From assembly GCA_002320605.1 (NCBI GenBank), contig DCKG01000017.1, forward strand, positions 50,271 to 114,270: 64,000 nucleotides of DNA, read 5' to 3'. The number at the start of each line of letters is the position of its first letter. The stretch's first letter is position 1. The notes under the pieces are model-generated. The model was not told the DNA's origin. It did no database searches and was given only the letters and a program-made list of their open reading frames with translations. Shown here piece after piece: positions 26,877-36,483 of this stretch. The position numbers and the translations under genes are program-made. Source of the DNA: Bacteroidales bacterium UBA1680 (GTDB taxonomy: Bacteria > Bacteroidota > Bacteroidia > Bacteroidales > UBA932).

Positions 26877-27011
26877 GGCCTGAACCATCTATTCCAGCAT
26901 GCTGCTACTGGCAACCCGATGGAAATCTCTTCAATCGAGGAAACAATCTCTCCGGAAGTCATCGCCGACATCATCGCGTGGATCAAGTCTTTAAGGATAT
27001 TCCACGGTTAG
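26877..27011 (+). pseudogene. C-terminal remnant of an alpha/beta-hydrolase
   Basis: Translates as GLNHLFQHAATGNPMEISSIEETISPEVIADIIAWIK. This matches my recollection of the GLNHLFQ..TG...EETISPEV catalytic-His tail of Bacteroidetes alpha/beta hydrolases. The upstream gene body is absent. Confidence 0.75.
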
Positions 27012-28180
27012 TAGTTCATGCCGAAGTACCACAATGGGATGACGGATCCGTGCCCGGTTTCGATGTCGTCTTTCACTATGATTCCATTGTTCACATTCTC
27101 TATTTGGCGCTTTCCCTTCTTCATGCCGCCAACCTCGAATGTATATGGCTTGATGTAAAAATCGCTTTCTCGTGATGCCGTGACTAGATTGCGGACACGC
27201 ATCTGATTATAGAAAAACGTCTTACCTATATTTGCCTTCCCACCTGTCAGGGCATACATCAGAGTAGTATTGTCCACATATACTTTCTCCATCTTTCCAA
27301 GAGCTCTCATTCCCTGCGTGTTGTCGCGCAATAACCCCAACATCCCTGCCTGTCCCAGATAAACGAGATAAGAAGGCACGTTGTTCTTGCTGACCCCAAC
27401 TTCTTGCGCCAAGCTGTCGAAGTTGGGTTTGTACGGTGCTATTCCGGAAACGATTTCCAGCAGACGTTCCAGCTTGCGGGCCGTGTCTGGACGAAGGTTT
27501 GCGGAATGGGCGATGTCTATCTCCACCGTTTGCACGACTATCTGATTCAGGCGCTGATAGAATCCAGGTTCTTCAGCAAACGGATAGTAACCCTCAGTGA
27601 GATATTCATTGAAATATGGTAGCGGATGCGGAAGTTCCGGAATAGTAACTCGCTGCTTTATTATGTCATCTATTGAAAACACTGGGGCCTCGATGCCTTT
27701 GCGGATTAGAAGAAATTCGCGGAATGACAGACCTTGCATCGAGTACATCAGCGCTCTGCGGCTCAGGTCGGCCTGACCTTTAGTAATTTCGAGTACGGAA
27801 GATCCCGTGAACACTACGTGCAGGTCAGCGTGAACGTCATAAATCTGCTTGAGTTCCTGGCTCCAGCCATGATATTTATGGATTTCATCGATGAAGAGAT
27901 GAGAGCCTCCGTACTTCACGAACTCATCTGCCAGAGACACAATAGAGTGGCTATTGAAATATAGGCTGTCTGCGCTTACATAGAGCACATTGCTCCTGTC
28001 CGGAAGATGCTTGATATGCTGAAGCAGCATGGTTGATTTCCCTACTCCCCTTGGGCCAATAATGCCTATCATTCGCGCCCTCCAATCAATGTCGCCATAA
28101 AGATAACGAAAATGCTTCTGAGTGGTCTGCCGAAGCATCTCATCTTGATATTGATATAAAATTTCGTCGACCATGATCAT
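27008..28180 (-). CDS. AAA_14 family ATPase (second paralogue)
   Basis: Walker A GPRGVGKS, Walker B FIDEIH, FTGSS, GYYPF, KVYVDNT, SDF..TFEVGG. Confidence 0.9.
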   Translation of the reverse strand: MIMVDEILYQYQDEMLRQTTQKHFRYLYGDIDWRARMIGIIGPRGVGKSTMLLQHIKHLPDRSNVLYVSADSLYFNSHSIVSLADEFVKYGGSHLFIDEIHKYHGWSQELKQIYDVHADLHVVFTGSSVLEITKGQADLSRRALMYSMQGLSFREFLLIRKGIEAPVFSIDDIIKQRVTIPELPHPLPYFNEYLTEGYYPFAEEPGFYQRLNQIVVQTVEIDIAHSANLRPDTARKLERLLEIVSGIAPYKPNFDSLAQEVGVSKNNVPSYLVYLGQAGMLGLLRDNTQGMRALGKMEKVYVDNTTLMYALTGGKANIGKTFFYNQMRVRNLVTASRESDFYIKPYTFEVGGMKKGKRQIENVNNGIIVKDDIETGHGSVIPLWYFGMNY

Positions 28181-28190
28181 GTATTTTCTG

Positions 28191-28252
28191 CGAATATACT
28201 AAAAATCCCTATAATAGGGACGATTTGCCCATATTTGTCACTATTATAGGGA
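28191..28252 (-). promoter_or_regulatory. Promoter of AAA ATPase 2 with two palindromic operator-like sites
   Basis: Minus-strand TATATTCG at 28191-28198; TCCCTATAATAGGGA at 28206-28220; TCACTATTATAGGGA at 28238-28252. Confidence 0.65.
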
Positions 28253-28295
28253 TATATTGCGAGCGTCTGAATTATTGCGCTGTGTGTCAGGTGCC

Positions 28296-29171
28296 TTAAA
28301 GTTGCCCGTTGAGAAGGTGCCAGAGGATGACTGTGTGACGGGCTTCGGCGACATCGTGGACGCGGAGGATGTCGGCTCCGCCTTGGAGGGCGGCGAGGTG
28401 GGCGACTTGCGTGCCTGGAAGGGCTTCGGAAGGCGTGATGCCGAGCGGCTTCCAGATCATGCTCTTTCGGGAGACGCCTACGAGAAGCTGTTTGTCAAAA
28501 ATCGCCAGCTGAGGCAGCTCACGCAGCAGCTGCCAGTTCTGCTCAATGGTCTTCGCAAAGCCATAACCAGGGTCAAGGATCCAGTCGGAAATGCCGAATC
28601 GCATGGCGCGCTGAGAGAAGTCGGCGAAAAAGTCTTTCACTGCCGAGGTCACGTCATCGTAGTCCGTGAGGCTCTGCATGGTCTTGGAGTTTCCGCGCGA
28701 ATGAGTGGCTATGTAGGGGAGTCCGAGCCGTCCCACCAGCGACAGCATCTCGTCCGATCCTCCGCTTATGTCGTTGACTATGAACGGTCCGAAAGCATTG
28801 TACGCCTTCAGGACTATCTCTGGCCTGAATGTGTCGATGGACACGTCGAAGTCCCGTTTGCCGCTCAGGAGCCTTAGCGCCGGTTCAAGTCTTCTCCACT
28901 CAGTCTCCTCGTCAACCGAATCTGACCCGGGGCGCGTGGAGCAGGCTCCGAGATCGATGATGGCAGCTCCGTCTGCGGCCATCGACCGCACTCTGGAAAG
29001 GAATGTCTCCGGCACGAATTCGCCGGAAGCCGAGAGTACCCTGCTGCCGGCGTAAAACGAGTCATCGGTCAGATTGACGATTCCCATTATCTGAATATTT
29101 TTCCGTGAATTTGCCAGCCTGGATTCAGGCTTGGCTTTCGTAACGTTAAAATCTTGTCTAGTGTTTTCCAT
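28296..29171 (-). CDS. folP: Dihydropteroate synthase
   Basis: Motifs MGIVNLTDDSFY, DLGACSTRPG, SIDT, NDISG, DPGYGF, VSRK and LRVHDV. Confidence 0.96.
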   Translation of the reverse strand: MENTRQDFNVTKAKPESRLANSRKNIQIMGIVNLTDDSFYAGSRVLSASGEFVPETFLSRVRSMAADGAAIIDLGACSTRPGSDSVDEETEWRRLEPALRLLSGKRDFDVSIDTFRPEIVLKAYNAFGPFIVNDISGGSDEMLSLVGRLGLPYIATHSRGNSKTMQSLTDYDDVTSAVKDFFADFSQRAMRFGISDWILDPGYGFAKTIEQNWQLLRELPQLAIFDKQLLVGVSRKSMIWKPLGITPSEALPGTQVAHLAALQGGADILRVHDVAEARHTVILWHLLNGQL

Positions 29172-29199
29172 AATGCGCCAAAAATAGTCAAAATTGTGG

Positions 29200-29207
29200 T
29201 ATCTTTG
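29200..29207 (+). promoter_or_regulatory. -7 box upstream of tmk
   Basis: TATCTTTG, 17 nt before the ATG. Confidence 0.55.
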
Positions 29208-29224
29208 CGAAGTTTTTTAAGAAT

Positions 29225-29956
29225 ATGCTAATAGTCATTGAAGGGTTGGACGGCTCCGGCAAGTCCACCCAGGTCCGGAAACTGAAGAAATACCTGGAGG
29301 GGAAGAACGACAAGTTCGAATATATTCACTTCCCCAGATATGATGCCCCTGTGTACGGCGACCTCATCAGCAGCTTCTTGAGGGGCGATTTCGGTTCCAT
29401 GAACGAAGTGCACCCGAAGCTGGTGGCGCTCCTTTATGCAGAGGATCGTCATGGCGCTGCACCTACCATGAAAAAGACCCTTGCAGAAGGCGGAGACGTG
29501 CTTCTGGACAGATATGTTTATTCGAATATCGCCTACCAGTGCGCTAAAGTGGCAGACACGAAGGCAAGGGAGGCGCTAAGGCAGTGGATCTTCGACACTG
29601 AATACGGTGCATTCGGCCTTCCGAAGCCAGACTTGAACATATTCCTGGATGTGCCTATCTCGTTCGTCAAGAGCGAGTTGGAGGCGGCTAGGAAGGGAAA
29701 GGACAGGGAATATCTCCATGGCGCTCAGGATGTGCACGAGGCGGATATCGAGTTCCAGAAGCGAGTGAGGGATGTTTATAGGCGCCAGGCTGAACTGGAT
29801 CCTAAGTTCATTTCCATCGACTGCTCCGACGAGTTCGGAGACATGCTGCTCCCAGACGACATATTCGCTAAAATCGTCAAGGAGGTTGAATCATTGAAGT
29901 GCAGTGAAAATTTAGGTTCTAAGGCCGCTGCTTTGCGAAAACAAGATATTAAATGA
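29225..29956 (+). CDS. tmk: Thymidylate kinase
   Basis: P-loop EGLDGSGKST and LLDRYVYS. Confidence 0.92.
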   Translation: MLIVIEGLDGSGKSTQVRKLKKYLEGKNDKFEYIHFPRYDAPVYGDLISSFLRGDFGSMNEVHPKLVALLYAEDRHGAAPTMKKTLAEGGDVLLDRYVYSNIAYQCAKVADTKAREALRQWIFDTEYGAFGLPKPDLNIFLDVPISFVKSELEAARKGKDREYLHGAQDVHEADIEFQKRVRDVYRRQAELDPKFISIDCSDEFGDMLLPDDIFAKIVKEVESLKCSENLGSKAAALRKQDIK

Positions 29957-31173
29957 AAAAATCCCATTATAGGTTAAGGAGATTCTGCGCATTCCTGATA
30001 GGTGCCACATTAGTAGTCGCAGGCGTTTTCAAATTGATGGATCCCGTGGGCACAGGGCTCATCATGGAGGACTATTTCAAGTTTTGCCATATTCAGTTTT
30101 TAGACCCTGCCGCCAAAGTGCTTGGAACCCTTCTTGCCCTGTTCGAGACTATTGTGGGAAGTGCCTTGATGACAGGGGTCTGGCGAAGGATCACCGCAAT
30201 CGTGACATCTGCGATGGTAGCATTTTTCACCATCCTTACGCTCATTCTTGCCATTTCCAATCCTCCTATGGACTGCGGCTGTTTCGGAGAGGTGATTCAC
30301 CTTACCAACCTGCAGACTTTCTTTAAGAACCTTGTGCTGCTGGCATTGGCTGCCATTGCGTTCCTTCCCATCAATGAATATGGCGATGCGAAGAAACTGA
30401 AATATATCGCTTTCTGGATAGCAGCCGCATCAATGCTAGGCTTCACGATATATTCATGGTTCACCATCCCTATGGTTGACTACACGGCGTTCAAACCGGG
30501 TAGCGAACTCTATGCATCGATGGACAATCCATCCGAGGCATACGACGACATGGAGACAAAGGTGATTTACGAGAAAAATGGCCAGGAAGGCGCATTCCCG
30601 CTAGATAAGCTGCCTGACTCAACATGGACATACGTGAGGACTGAGACAGTGCGCATCAACGACGGGGAGGAGAACGAAACTTTCCCGCAGCTCTCTTTCA
30701 AAGACGCTGAAGGAAATTACCAGGACGGGCTGGCTACGGAAGGCGACGTGATGGTATGCTCTGCTTACAAGCCGGAGAAACTCAAGGGAGGGGCTTGGGA
30801 CAGGATGGCAGATGTTATGGAGATCGCGAAGAGCTCCGGATACGTTCCTATTGCGCTTGTGTCTTGTTCGCAGGAGACTTTCGATAGCTTGGGCTCCATT
30901 ACTCCTGATGTGCGGTCGAGGCTGAAAAAATATGTTTATTTTGCTGATTTCAAGACACTTGTGTCAGTGAATAGGGCAAACGGAGGCTATACTCTCTTCA
31001 ACGATGGAGAGTTGATACGGAAATATTCCGCCCGCTGGAATCCTTCGTCATCTGAGCTGCTGGATATGGCAGGCACTAATCCATCGGAAGAGATGCTGCA
31101 TTACAGCACGAACGGCAGGCTGCATCTCCAGATGTTCTTCCTCTATCTATTCATAGTGCTGGTGCTGATTTAA
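29953..31173 (+). CDS. DoxX/MauE-like membrane protein (BT_3928 family)
   Basis: N-terminal TM helices with KLMDPVG and MDCGCFG; periplasmic domain; C-terminal TM helix. Confidence 0.8.
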   Translation: MKKSHYRLRRFCAFLIGATLVVAGVFKLMDPVGTGLIMEDYFKFCHIQFLDPAAKVLGTLLALFETIVGSALMTGVWRRITAIVTSAMVAFFTILTLILAISNPPMDCGCFGEVIHLTNLQTFFKNLVLLALAAIAFLPINEYGDAKKLKYIAFWIAAASMLGFTIYSWFTIPMVDYTAFKPGSELYASMDNPSEAYDDMETKVIYEKNGQEGAFPLDKLPDSTWTYVRTETVRINDGEENETFPQLSFKDAEGNYQDGLATEGDVMVCSAYKPEKLKGGAWDRMADVMEIAKSSGYVPIALVSCSQETFDSLGSITPDVRSRLKKYVYFADFKTLVSVNRANGGYTLFNDGELIRKYSARWNPSSSELLDMAGTNPSEEMLHYSTNGRLHLQMFFLYLFIVLVLI

Positions 31174-31220
31174 TGAATATTCCACGCTTCTTGGTATATT
31201 TGTAAGTTTTAAGAATTATC

Positions 31221-32153
31221 ATGGGACTGTTTGACAAAGGGGTACAGAAAACCAAGCAAAGCTTTTTCCAGAAGCTGTCTAGGGCTATCGTAGGTAAATC
31301 GAAGGTGGATGATGATGTGCTGGATGCCATAGAAGAGGCTCTGGTATCTTCAGATATGGGCGTAGATACGACCCTGAAGATTATCGACAGCCTCGAGTCG
31401 AGGGTGAAGAGCGACAAATACATGTCCTTGGACGAGCTGGCGGACATGCTCCGTGACGAGATAGGCGAGCTTCTGAACGTGGGGGGCGAGATTTCGTCCG
31501 CTGAGCCGTTCGACCTGACGAAAAAGCCGTTGGTGGTGATGGTCGTGGGCGTGAACGGGGTCGGCAAAACGACCACTATAGGCAAGCTGGCGGCGCGTTA
31601 CAAGGCCCAGGGCAAGAAGGTGATCCTTGGCGCTGCGGACACATTCAGAGCGGCCGCAGTCGATCAGCTGCAGATTTGGGCAGACAGGGCTGGCGTGGAC
31701 ATCGTCAGGCAGAATCAGGGCTCCGATCCGGCATCAGTGGCGTACGACACCGTAAGCTCTGCGGTCGCGAAGAACGCCGACGTGGTGCTGATAGACACCG
31801 CCGGCAGGCTTCACAACAGGGTGGATCTTATGAATGAGCTTACGAAAATCCGGAATGTGATGCGCAAAGTCATTCCTGACGCCCCTCACGAGGTGCTTTT
31901 GGTGCTTGATGCATCCACCGGCCAGAATGCCTACCAGCAAGCCAAGGAATTCTCCAAGGCAACCGATATCACTTCGCTTGCGATCACGAAGCTGGACGGC
32001 ACCGCCAAAGGGGGAGTGGTAATCGGCATTGTGGACCAGCTGAAAGTGCCCGTGAAATTCATAGGAATAGGAGAGGGAATAGACGACCTGAAGCCTTTCG
32101 ACAAAAAAGAGTTCGTGACGTCGCTTTTCTCCACAGGGGATTTGAAAGGATAG
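31221..32153 (+). CDS. ftsY: Signal recognition particle receptor FtsY
   Basis: Motifs GVNGVGKTT, DTFRAAA, DTAGR and TKLDGTAKGG; TATATTTG promoter box at 31195-31202. Confidence 0.97.
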   Translation: MGLFDKGVQKTKQSFFQKLSRAIVGKSKVDDDVLDAIEEALVSSDMGVDTTLKIIDSLESRVKSDKYMSLDELADMLRDEIGELLNVGGEISSAEPFDLTKKPLVVMVVGVNGVGKTTTIGKLAARYKAQGKKVILGAADTFRAAAVDQLQIWADRAGVDIVRQNQGSDPASVAYDTVSSAVAKNADVVLIDTAGRLHNRVDLMNELTKIRNVMRKVIPDAPHEVLLVLDASTGQNAYQQAKEFSKATDITSLAITKLDGTAKGGVVIGIVDQLKVPVKFIGIGEGIDDLKPFDKKEFVTSLFSTGDLKG

Positions 32154-32174
32154 AATATAAAATATTAAAGGAAT

Positions 32175-34616
32175 ATGAAGCTTTCTTATAATTGGCTTAA
32201 AGACTATTTGGAGTCGGATCTCACGCCGCAGCAGATTGCGGATGCGATGACGGCGATTGGAATTGAGGTTGATTCAGTTGAGGAACAGGAGGAGATTCCT
32301 GGTGGACTGGAAGGTGTAGTGGTCGCTGAAGTGATTGAATGCGGACCGCATCCGGATTCAGACCATCTGCACGTCACGAAAGTGAACGATGGCACTGGTG
32401 AGCCTCTGACGGTCGTCTGCGGTGCTCCGAATGTTTCAAAAGGCCAGAAAGTGCTTTTCGCCCGCATAGGAGCCGTGCTGCCTGGGGATTTCAAAATAAA
32501 GAAATCCAAATTGCGTGGGGTAGAGTCAATGGGAATGATCTGCGCCGAGGACGAGCTCGGCATAGGTACTGACCATGCGGGAATAATGGTGCTGCCGGAG
32601 GATGCCGTCGTCGGGACCCCAGCAAAGGAATATCTACATTTAAAGACCGAGGCCGTAATTGAATATGAGATAACGGCGAATCGCGTGGACGCCGCTTCGC
32701 ACATCGGCGTGGCTCGCGACCTTTATGCCTGGATGCGTCTCAATAACATTCCTTGCAAGTTCCATTACCCAGACGTAAGCGCATACAAGGACGGCGATGG
32801 GAATGCCATTCCAATCGATGTCGAGGATGCGACTGCCGCACCTCGCTACGCTGGAATAACGATTCGTGGCGCCAAAGTCGGCCCGTCTCCGGAGTGGCTT
32901 CAGAAGAAATTGATTTCCATCGGGTTGCGCCCGATTGACAATATCGTAGACGTGTCCAATTTCGTGCTGTTCGAGCTTGGCCAGCCGCTGCACACGTTCG
33001 ATGCTTCAAAGATAATAGGAGGGAAGGTTATAGTGCGTAGGGCGAAAGAGGGAGAGAAACTCGTTACCCTGGACGGCGTGGAAAGAACGCTTCATGCGAC
33101 CGACATCGTGATAGCCAATGCGGACGGGCCTATGTGCATAGCGGGAGTGTTCGGAGGCAAGGAATCCGGAGTTTCCCAGACCACCACGGACATATTCGTA
33201 GAGAGTGCTTATTTCGATCCTGGCTCCATTCGGAAGACTTCTAAGAGCCAGGGTTTGCAGACTGATGCATCTTTCCGCTACGAGAGAGGGGCGGACCCAT
33301 CAATCTGCGAATATGCTTGCAAGCGTGCCGCACTGCTGATTCAGGAGGTTGCCGGCGGCCATGTCGAGGGTAATATGCAGGAGTTCTACCCAGTGCCGAT
33401 TCGCAAGAAAGTCATCGACTTGGATTACGATAGGATTGAAGATTTCATTGGCAAGAAAATAGGCTACGACACCATCGAGAAAATTCTCACTTTCTTGGCC
33501 TACGATTTCGTGGAAAGAAGGCCGGACGGGGCGAAAGTCGCCGCCCCTACCTATATGGTGGATGTCTATCGCGAGTGCGACGTGGTCGAGGAAATCCTGA
33601 GAATCTACGGCTACAACAACGTGGACCTGCCGATGCACATGAAGATGAGCGTGAGCGCTACTCCGACCCCAGAGCCAGAAGCTATCCGTAACGGGATTTC
33701 CAATTTCCTGGCAGCCAACGGCTTCGTAGAGACGATGAACAACTCGCTCACGAAATCGGCATACTATGCCGGCCTTAAAACATATCCAGAAGAAAGGTGC
33801 GTGAGAATAGTGAATCCTTTGAGCACGGACCTCAATGTAATGCGCCAGAACCTCATATTCAATGGCCTCGAGGTGGTAGCATACAATGTCAACCGTCAAA
33901 TGACGAACCTTAAATTCTTTGAATATGGCTCTGTTTATAGTCATGACCCTCAGAAGGATGGCAAAACGCTGGATGCTTACGAGGAGCATCCGGCATTCGG
34001 CCTGTTCATGACAGGAACACCGGAGAAGGCTTGGAACTACCAACCTGGCAAGAGCGACTTCTTCCAGCTTAAAGGCTATCTGGAACTGCTGATGAAGCGT
34101 TTCGGCGCTGACCTTTATCAGATGCAGGCTGCTCCTGCACCAGGAGATGTATTCAGTGAAGGAACTGCCTACGCCATGCCAGGGCAGCAAATTCCGCTGG
34201 CAGTCATAGGCACAGTGCTTCCGGCTCTTGCGAAGAAATTCGACGTGAAGCAGCCAGTGTTCGCTTGCGAGATAAACTGGAACATGCTGTTCACTTTAGT
34301 GAAGAGAGACAAGGTTCATTTCACTGAGTTGCCGAAATTCCCTGAAGTTAGGAGAGATATGGCATTACTCTTGGATGAGTCCGTAAGCTATGCTGATCTG
34401 CATAAAGCGGCATTCAAGACAGCGAAGAAGTTGCTGAAGAGCGTTTCGCTGTTTGATGTTTACAGAGGCGACAAAATTCCTTCCGAGAAGAAGCAGTATG
34501 CCTTGAGCTTCGTTTTGCAAGATCCGGAAAAAACCCTCACTGACGATGCTGTGGAGCAGATAATGTCAAAATTACTGTCCTCATTCCAGAATCAGTTCGG
34601 TGCTATTCTAAGATAA
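32175..34616 (+). CDS. pheT: Phenylalanine-tRNA ligase beta subunit
   Basis: Motifs HPDSDHL, VCGAPN, ANRVDAAS, TDASFRYERG and C-terminal FPEVRRDMA. Confidence 0.97.
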   Translation: MKLSYNWLKDYLESDLTPQQIADAMTAIGIEVDSVEEQEEIPGGLEGVVVAEVIECGPHPDSDHLHVTKVNDGTGEPLTVVCGAPNVSKGQKVLFARIGAVLPGDFKIKKSKLRGVESMGMICAEDELGIGTDHAGIMVLPEDAVVGTPAKEYLHLKTEAVIEYEITANRVDAASHIGVARDLYAWMRLNNIPCKFHYPDVSAYKDGDGNAIPIDVEDATAAPRYAGITIRGAKVGPSPEWLQKKLISIGLRPIDNIVDVSNFVLFELGQPLHTFDASKIIGGKVIVRRAKEGEKLVTLDGVERTLHATDIVIANADGPMCIAGVFGGKESGVSQTTTDIFVESAYFDPGSIRKTSKSQGLQTDASFRYERGADPSICEYACKRAALLIQEVAGGHVEGNMQEFYPVPIRKKVIDLDYDRIEDFIGKKIGYDTIEKILTFLAYDFVERRPDGAKVAAPTYMVDVYRECDVVEEILRIYGYNNVDLPMHMKMSVSATPTPEPEAIRNGISNFLAANGFVETMNNSLTKSAYYAGLKTYPEERCVRIVNPLSTDLNVMRQNLIFNGLEVVAYNVNRQMTNLKFFEYGSVYSHDPQKDGKTLDAYEEHPAFGLFMTGTPEKAWNYQPGKSDFFQLKGYLELLMKRFGADLYQMQAAPAPGDVFSEGTAYAMPGQQIPLAVIGTVLPALAKKFDVKQPVFACEINWNMLFTLVKRDKVHFTELPKFPEVRRDMALLLDESVSYADLHKAAFKTAKKLLKSVSLFDVYRGDKIPSEKKQYALSFVLQDPEKTLTDDAVEQIMSKLLSSFQNQFGAILR

Positions 34617-34620
34617 TCAG

Positions 34621-35292
34621 ATGAGACGATTCGTCGGCATATTCATTTCCATCCTAGTGGTGTGCGCATTAGCTTGCTCTTGCGTACGAAGACCGAAGAC
34701 AATTCCTCAGAAGAAGATGAAGGAAATATACAAAGAAATGTTCTTGGCCGACCAGTGGCTGAATAACAATCCGGACAAGCGTTCTAAGGCCGACACGACA
34801 TGGTTCTACGAACCCATTCTGGAAAAGCATGGTTACACTCTGGATGATTATTATCACACGGTAGCTGTTTATCTCGAAGACCCAAAACGATTCGTAGACC
34901 TTATGGATGATGTCTCCGCTATGCTTTCTTCTGAATCTGAACGCCTTGTGGCAGAAGTGGATAGAGAAGATGTGGCGTCAAGCATACATGCGGCAAGCGT
35001 GAAGTGGAAAATCGGTTATCGTAATGATGACCTGAAAGTCATTACTAAGGGCTACAGGATGACGAAGGAAGCGGACAGCGTCTGGTATCCGAAACCTATC
35101 GTTGAAGACACTGTATTCTCTGGCCCTGAAATGTTTTTCGATGAATTGCCAGATCCAGTGCCTGACTCTCTTAAAGCGGATGCTGAAGCTTCGGGGCTCC
35201 CAAAGGCGAAGGAATTCAATGATGAGGATAAGGTAATAAAAAATATATCTGTGATTAATGCAATGCCTGTCCTTAAAGCCAAAACGAAATGA
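34621..35292 (+). CDS. DUF4296-like lipoprotein
   Basis: Lipobox ACSC and IPQKKMKEIYKEMFLAD...YY pattern. Confidence 0.7.
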   Translation: MRRFVGIFISILVVCALACSCVRRPKTIPQKKMKEIYKEMFLADQWLNNNPDKRSKADTTWFYEPILEKHGYTLDDYYHTVAVYLEDPKRFVDLMDDVSAMLSSESERLVAEVDREDVASSIHAASVKWKIGYRNDDLKVITKGYRMTKEADSVWYPKPIVEDTVFSGPEMFFDELPDPVPDSLKADAEASGLPKAKEFNDEDKVIKNISVINAMPVLKAKTK

Positions 35293-36479
35293 ATAGAATA
35301 GCGGCCTCATATGTTTTCCCTCTTGGAGGAAGTGAACCTATTAGAAACGGATACATTGAATATGCTGACGACGGAACAGTCGTCTCTGTCGGAGCTTGCG
35401 AGAATCCTAGTGGCGAGAGCGAATTTCTGGACGGAGAGGCAATAGTGCCAGGTTTCGTGAACGCCCACTGCCACGTGGAGCTTTCTTACATGAAAGGCTT
35501 GTTCAAGAAAGGCACCGGAATGGCTGGCTTCATCGATCAGATTAATGCCCTTCGAGACACCAAGCCGATGGAAGAGAAGATCTCTGACATTCAGTTCTGG
35601 ATGGATGCGATGTGGTCGAGGGGAGTGCAGGCCATGGCTGACATAAGCAACTGCGCAGACTCGTTCGAGATAAAACGAAAATCCCCGATGTACTCTAGAA
35701 CTTTCCTGGAGGTGTTCGGAACCGAGCCGGAAGATTGCGAAAAAGTTATTGCTAGCGTACTGGCGCTCCAGAAAATTGCCGGAAGCTTCGGTTTGGATGC
35801 GTCTCCGACTCCTCACGCTTGCTACACCATGAGCCCGGAGCTGCTCACGGCATCTTCAAGAGAAGGGCTCAAATCAGGCTATCTTTCTTTCCATAGCGAG
35901 GAAACTCATGAAGAAGAGGAGATGCTGAAATATGGCTGCGGAAAGATGTGGGACAATAGAAAAGCCGCTGGAATGAGCGTTCCTCCTGTCACGGGGAAAT
36001 CTTCTCTGTCATATTTCATCGATAGGCTTGAAAAAGCTCATCCTGCACCGTTCGATGAGCATATTCTCTTAGTGCATGAAGTCTGCATGGATCAGGAAGG
36101 CATAGATGCCATGAAAGCAGTGATGAGACATCCTTTCATAGCCCTCTGCCCTTGTTCCAATATATTCATACATAATGCCTTGCCTCCTGTCCGTCTGATG
36201 CTTCGCAATGGGCTGAAGCTCACCATTGGCACAGATTCGCTATCCAGCAATGACGATTTGGACATCGTCAGGGAAATGCACTGCTTGCAATGCAATTTCG
36301 AAGGACTCAGCCTCAATGAACTGCTGACGTGGGCGTGCCAGAACGGTGCGGAATTCTTGTCGAAGGAAGATGTCATCGGTTCGATTGAGCCAGGGAAAAA
36401 GCCTGGGCTGGTTGCGATTGGCAATCTTTCTGATTCCGCTTCATTGACGCCTGCAAGCGTCTCTCGTCGAATAATATAA
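35289..36479 (+). CDS. Amidohydrolase superfamily protein (nucleoside/cytosine deaminase-like)
   Basis: Motifs PGFVNAHCH, FHSEE, LVHEV and IGTDS, plus GSIEPGKKPGLV. Confidence 0.88.
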   Translation: MNRIAASYVFPLGGSEPIRNGYIEYADDGTVVSVGACENPSGESEFLDGEAIVPGFVNAHCHVELSYMKGLFKKGTGMAGFIDQINALRDTKPMEEKISDIQFWMDAMWSRGVQAMADISNCADSFEIKRKSPMYSRTFLEVFGTEPEDCEKVIASVLALQKIAGSFGLDASPTPHACYTMSPELLTASSREGLKSGYLSFHSEETHEEEEMLKYGCGKMWDNRKAAGMSVPPVTGKSSLSYFIDRLEKAHPAPFDEHILLVHEVCMDQEGIDAMKAVMRHPFIALCPCSNIFIHNALPPVRLMLRNGLKLTIGTDSLSSNDDLDIVREMHCLQCNFEGLSLNELLTWACQNGAEFLSKEDVIGSIEPGKKPGLVAIGNLSDSASLTPASVSRRII

Positions 36480-36483
36480 GAAT

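Noticed and set aside
32175-34616. pheT without an adjacent pheS
   Set aside because: Separation of pheS and pheT is usual in Bacteroidetes.
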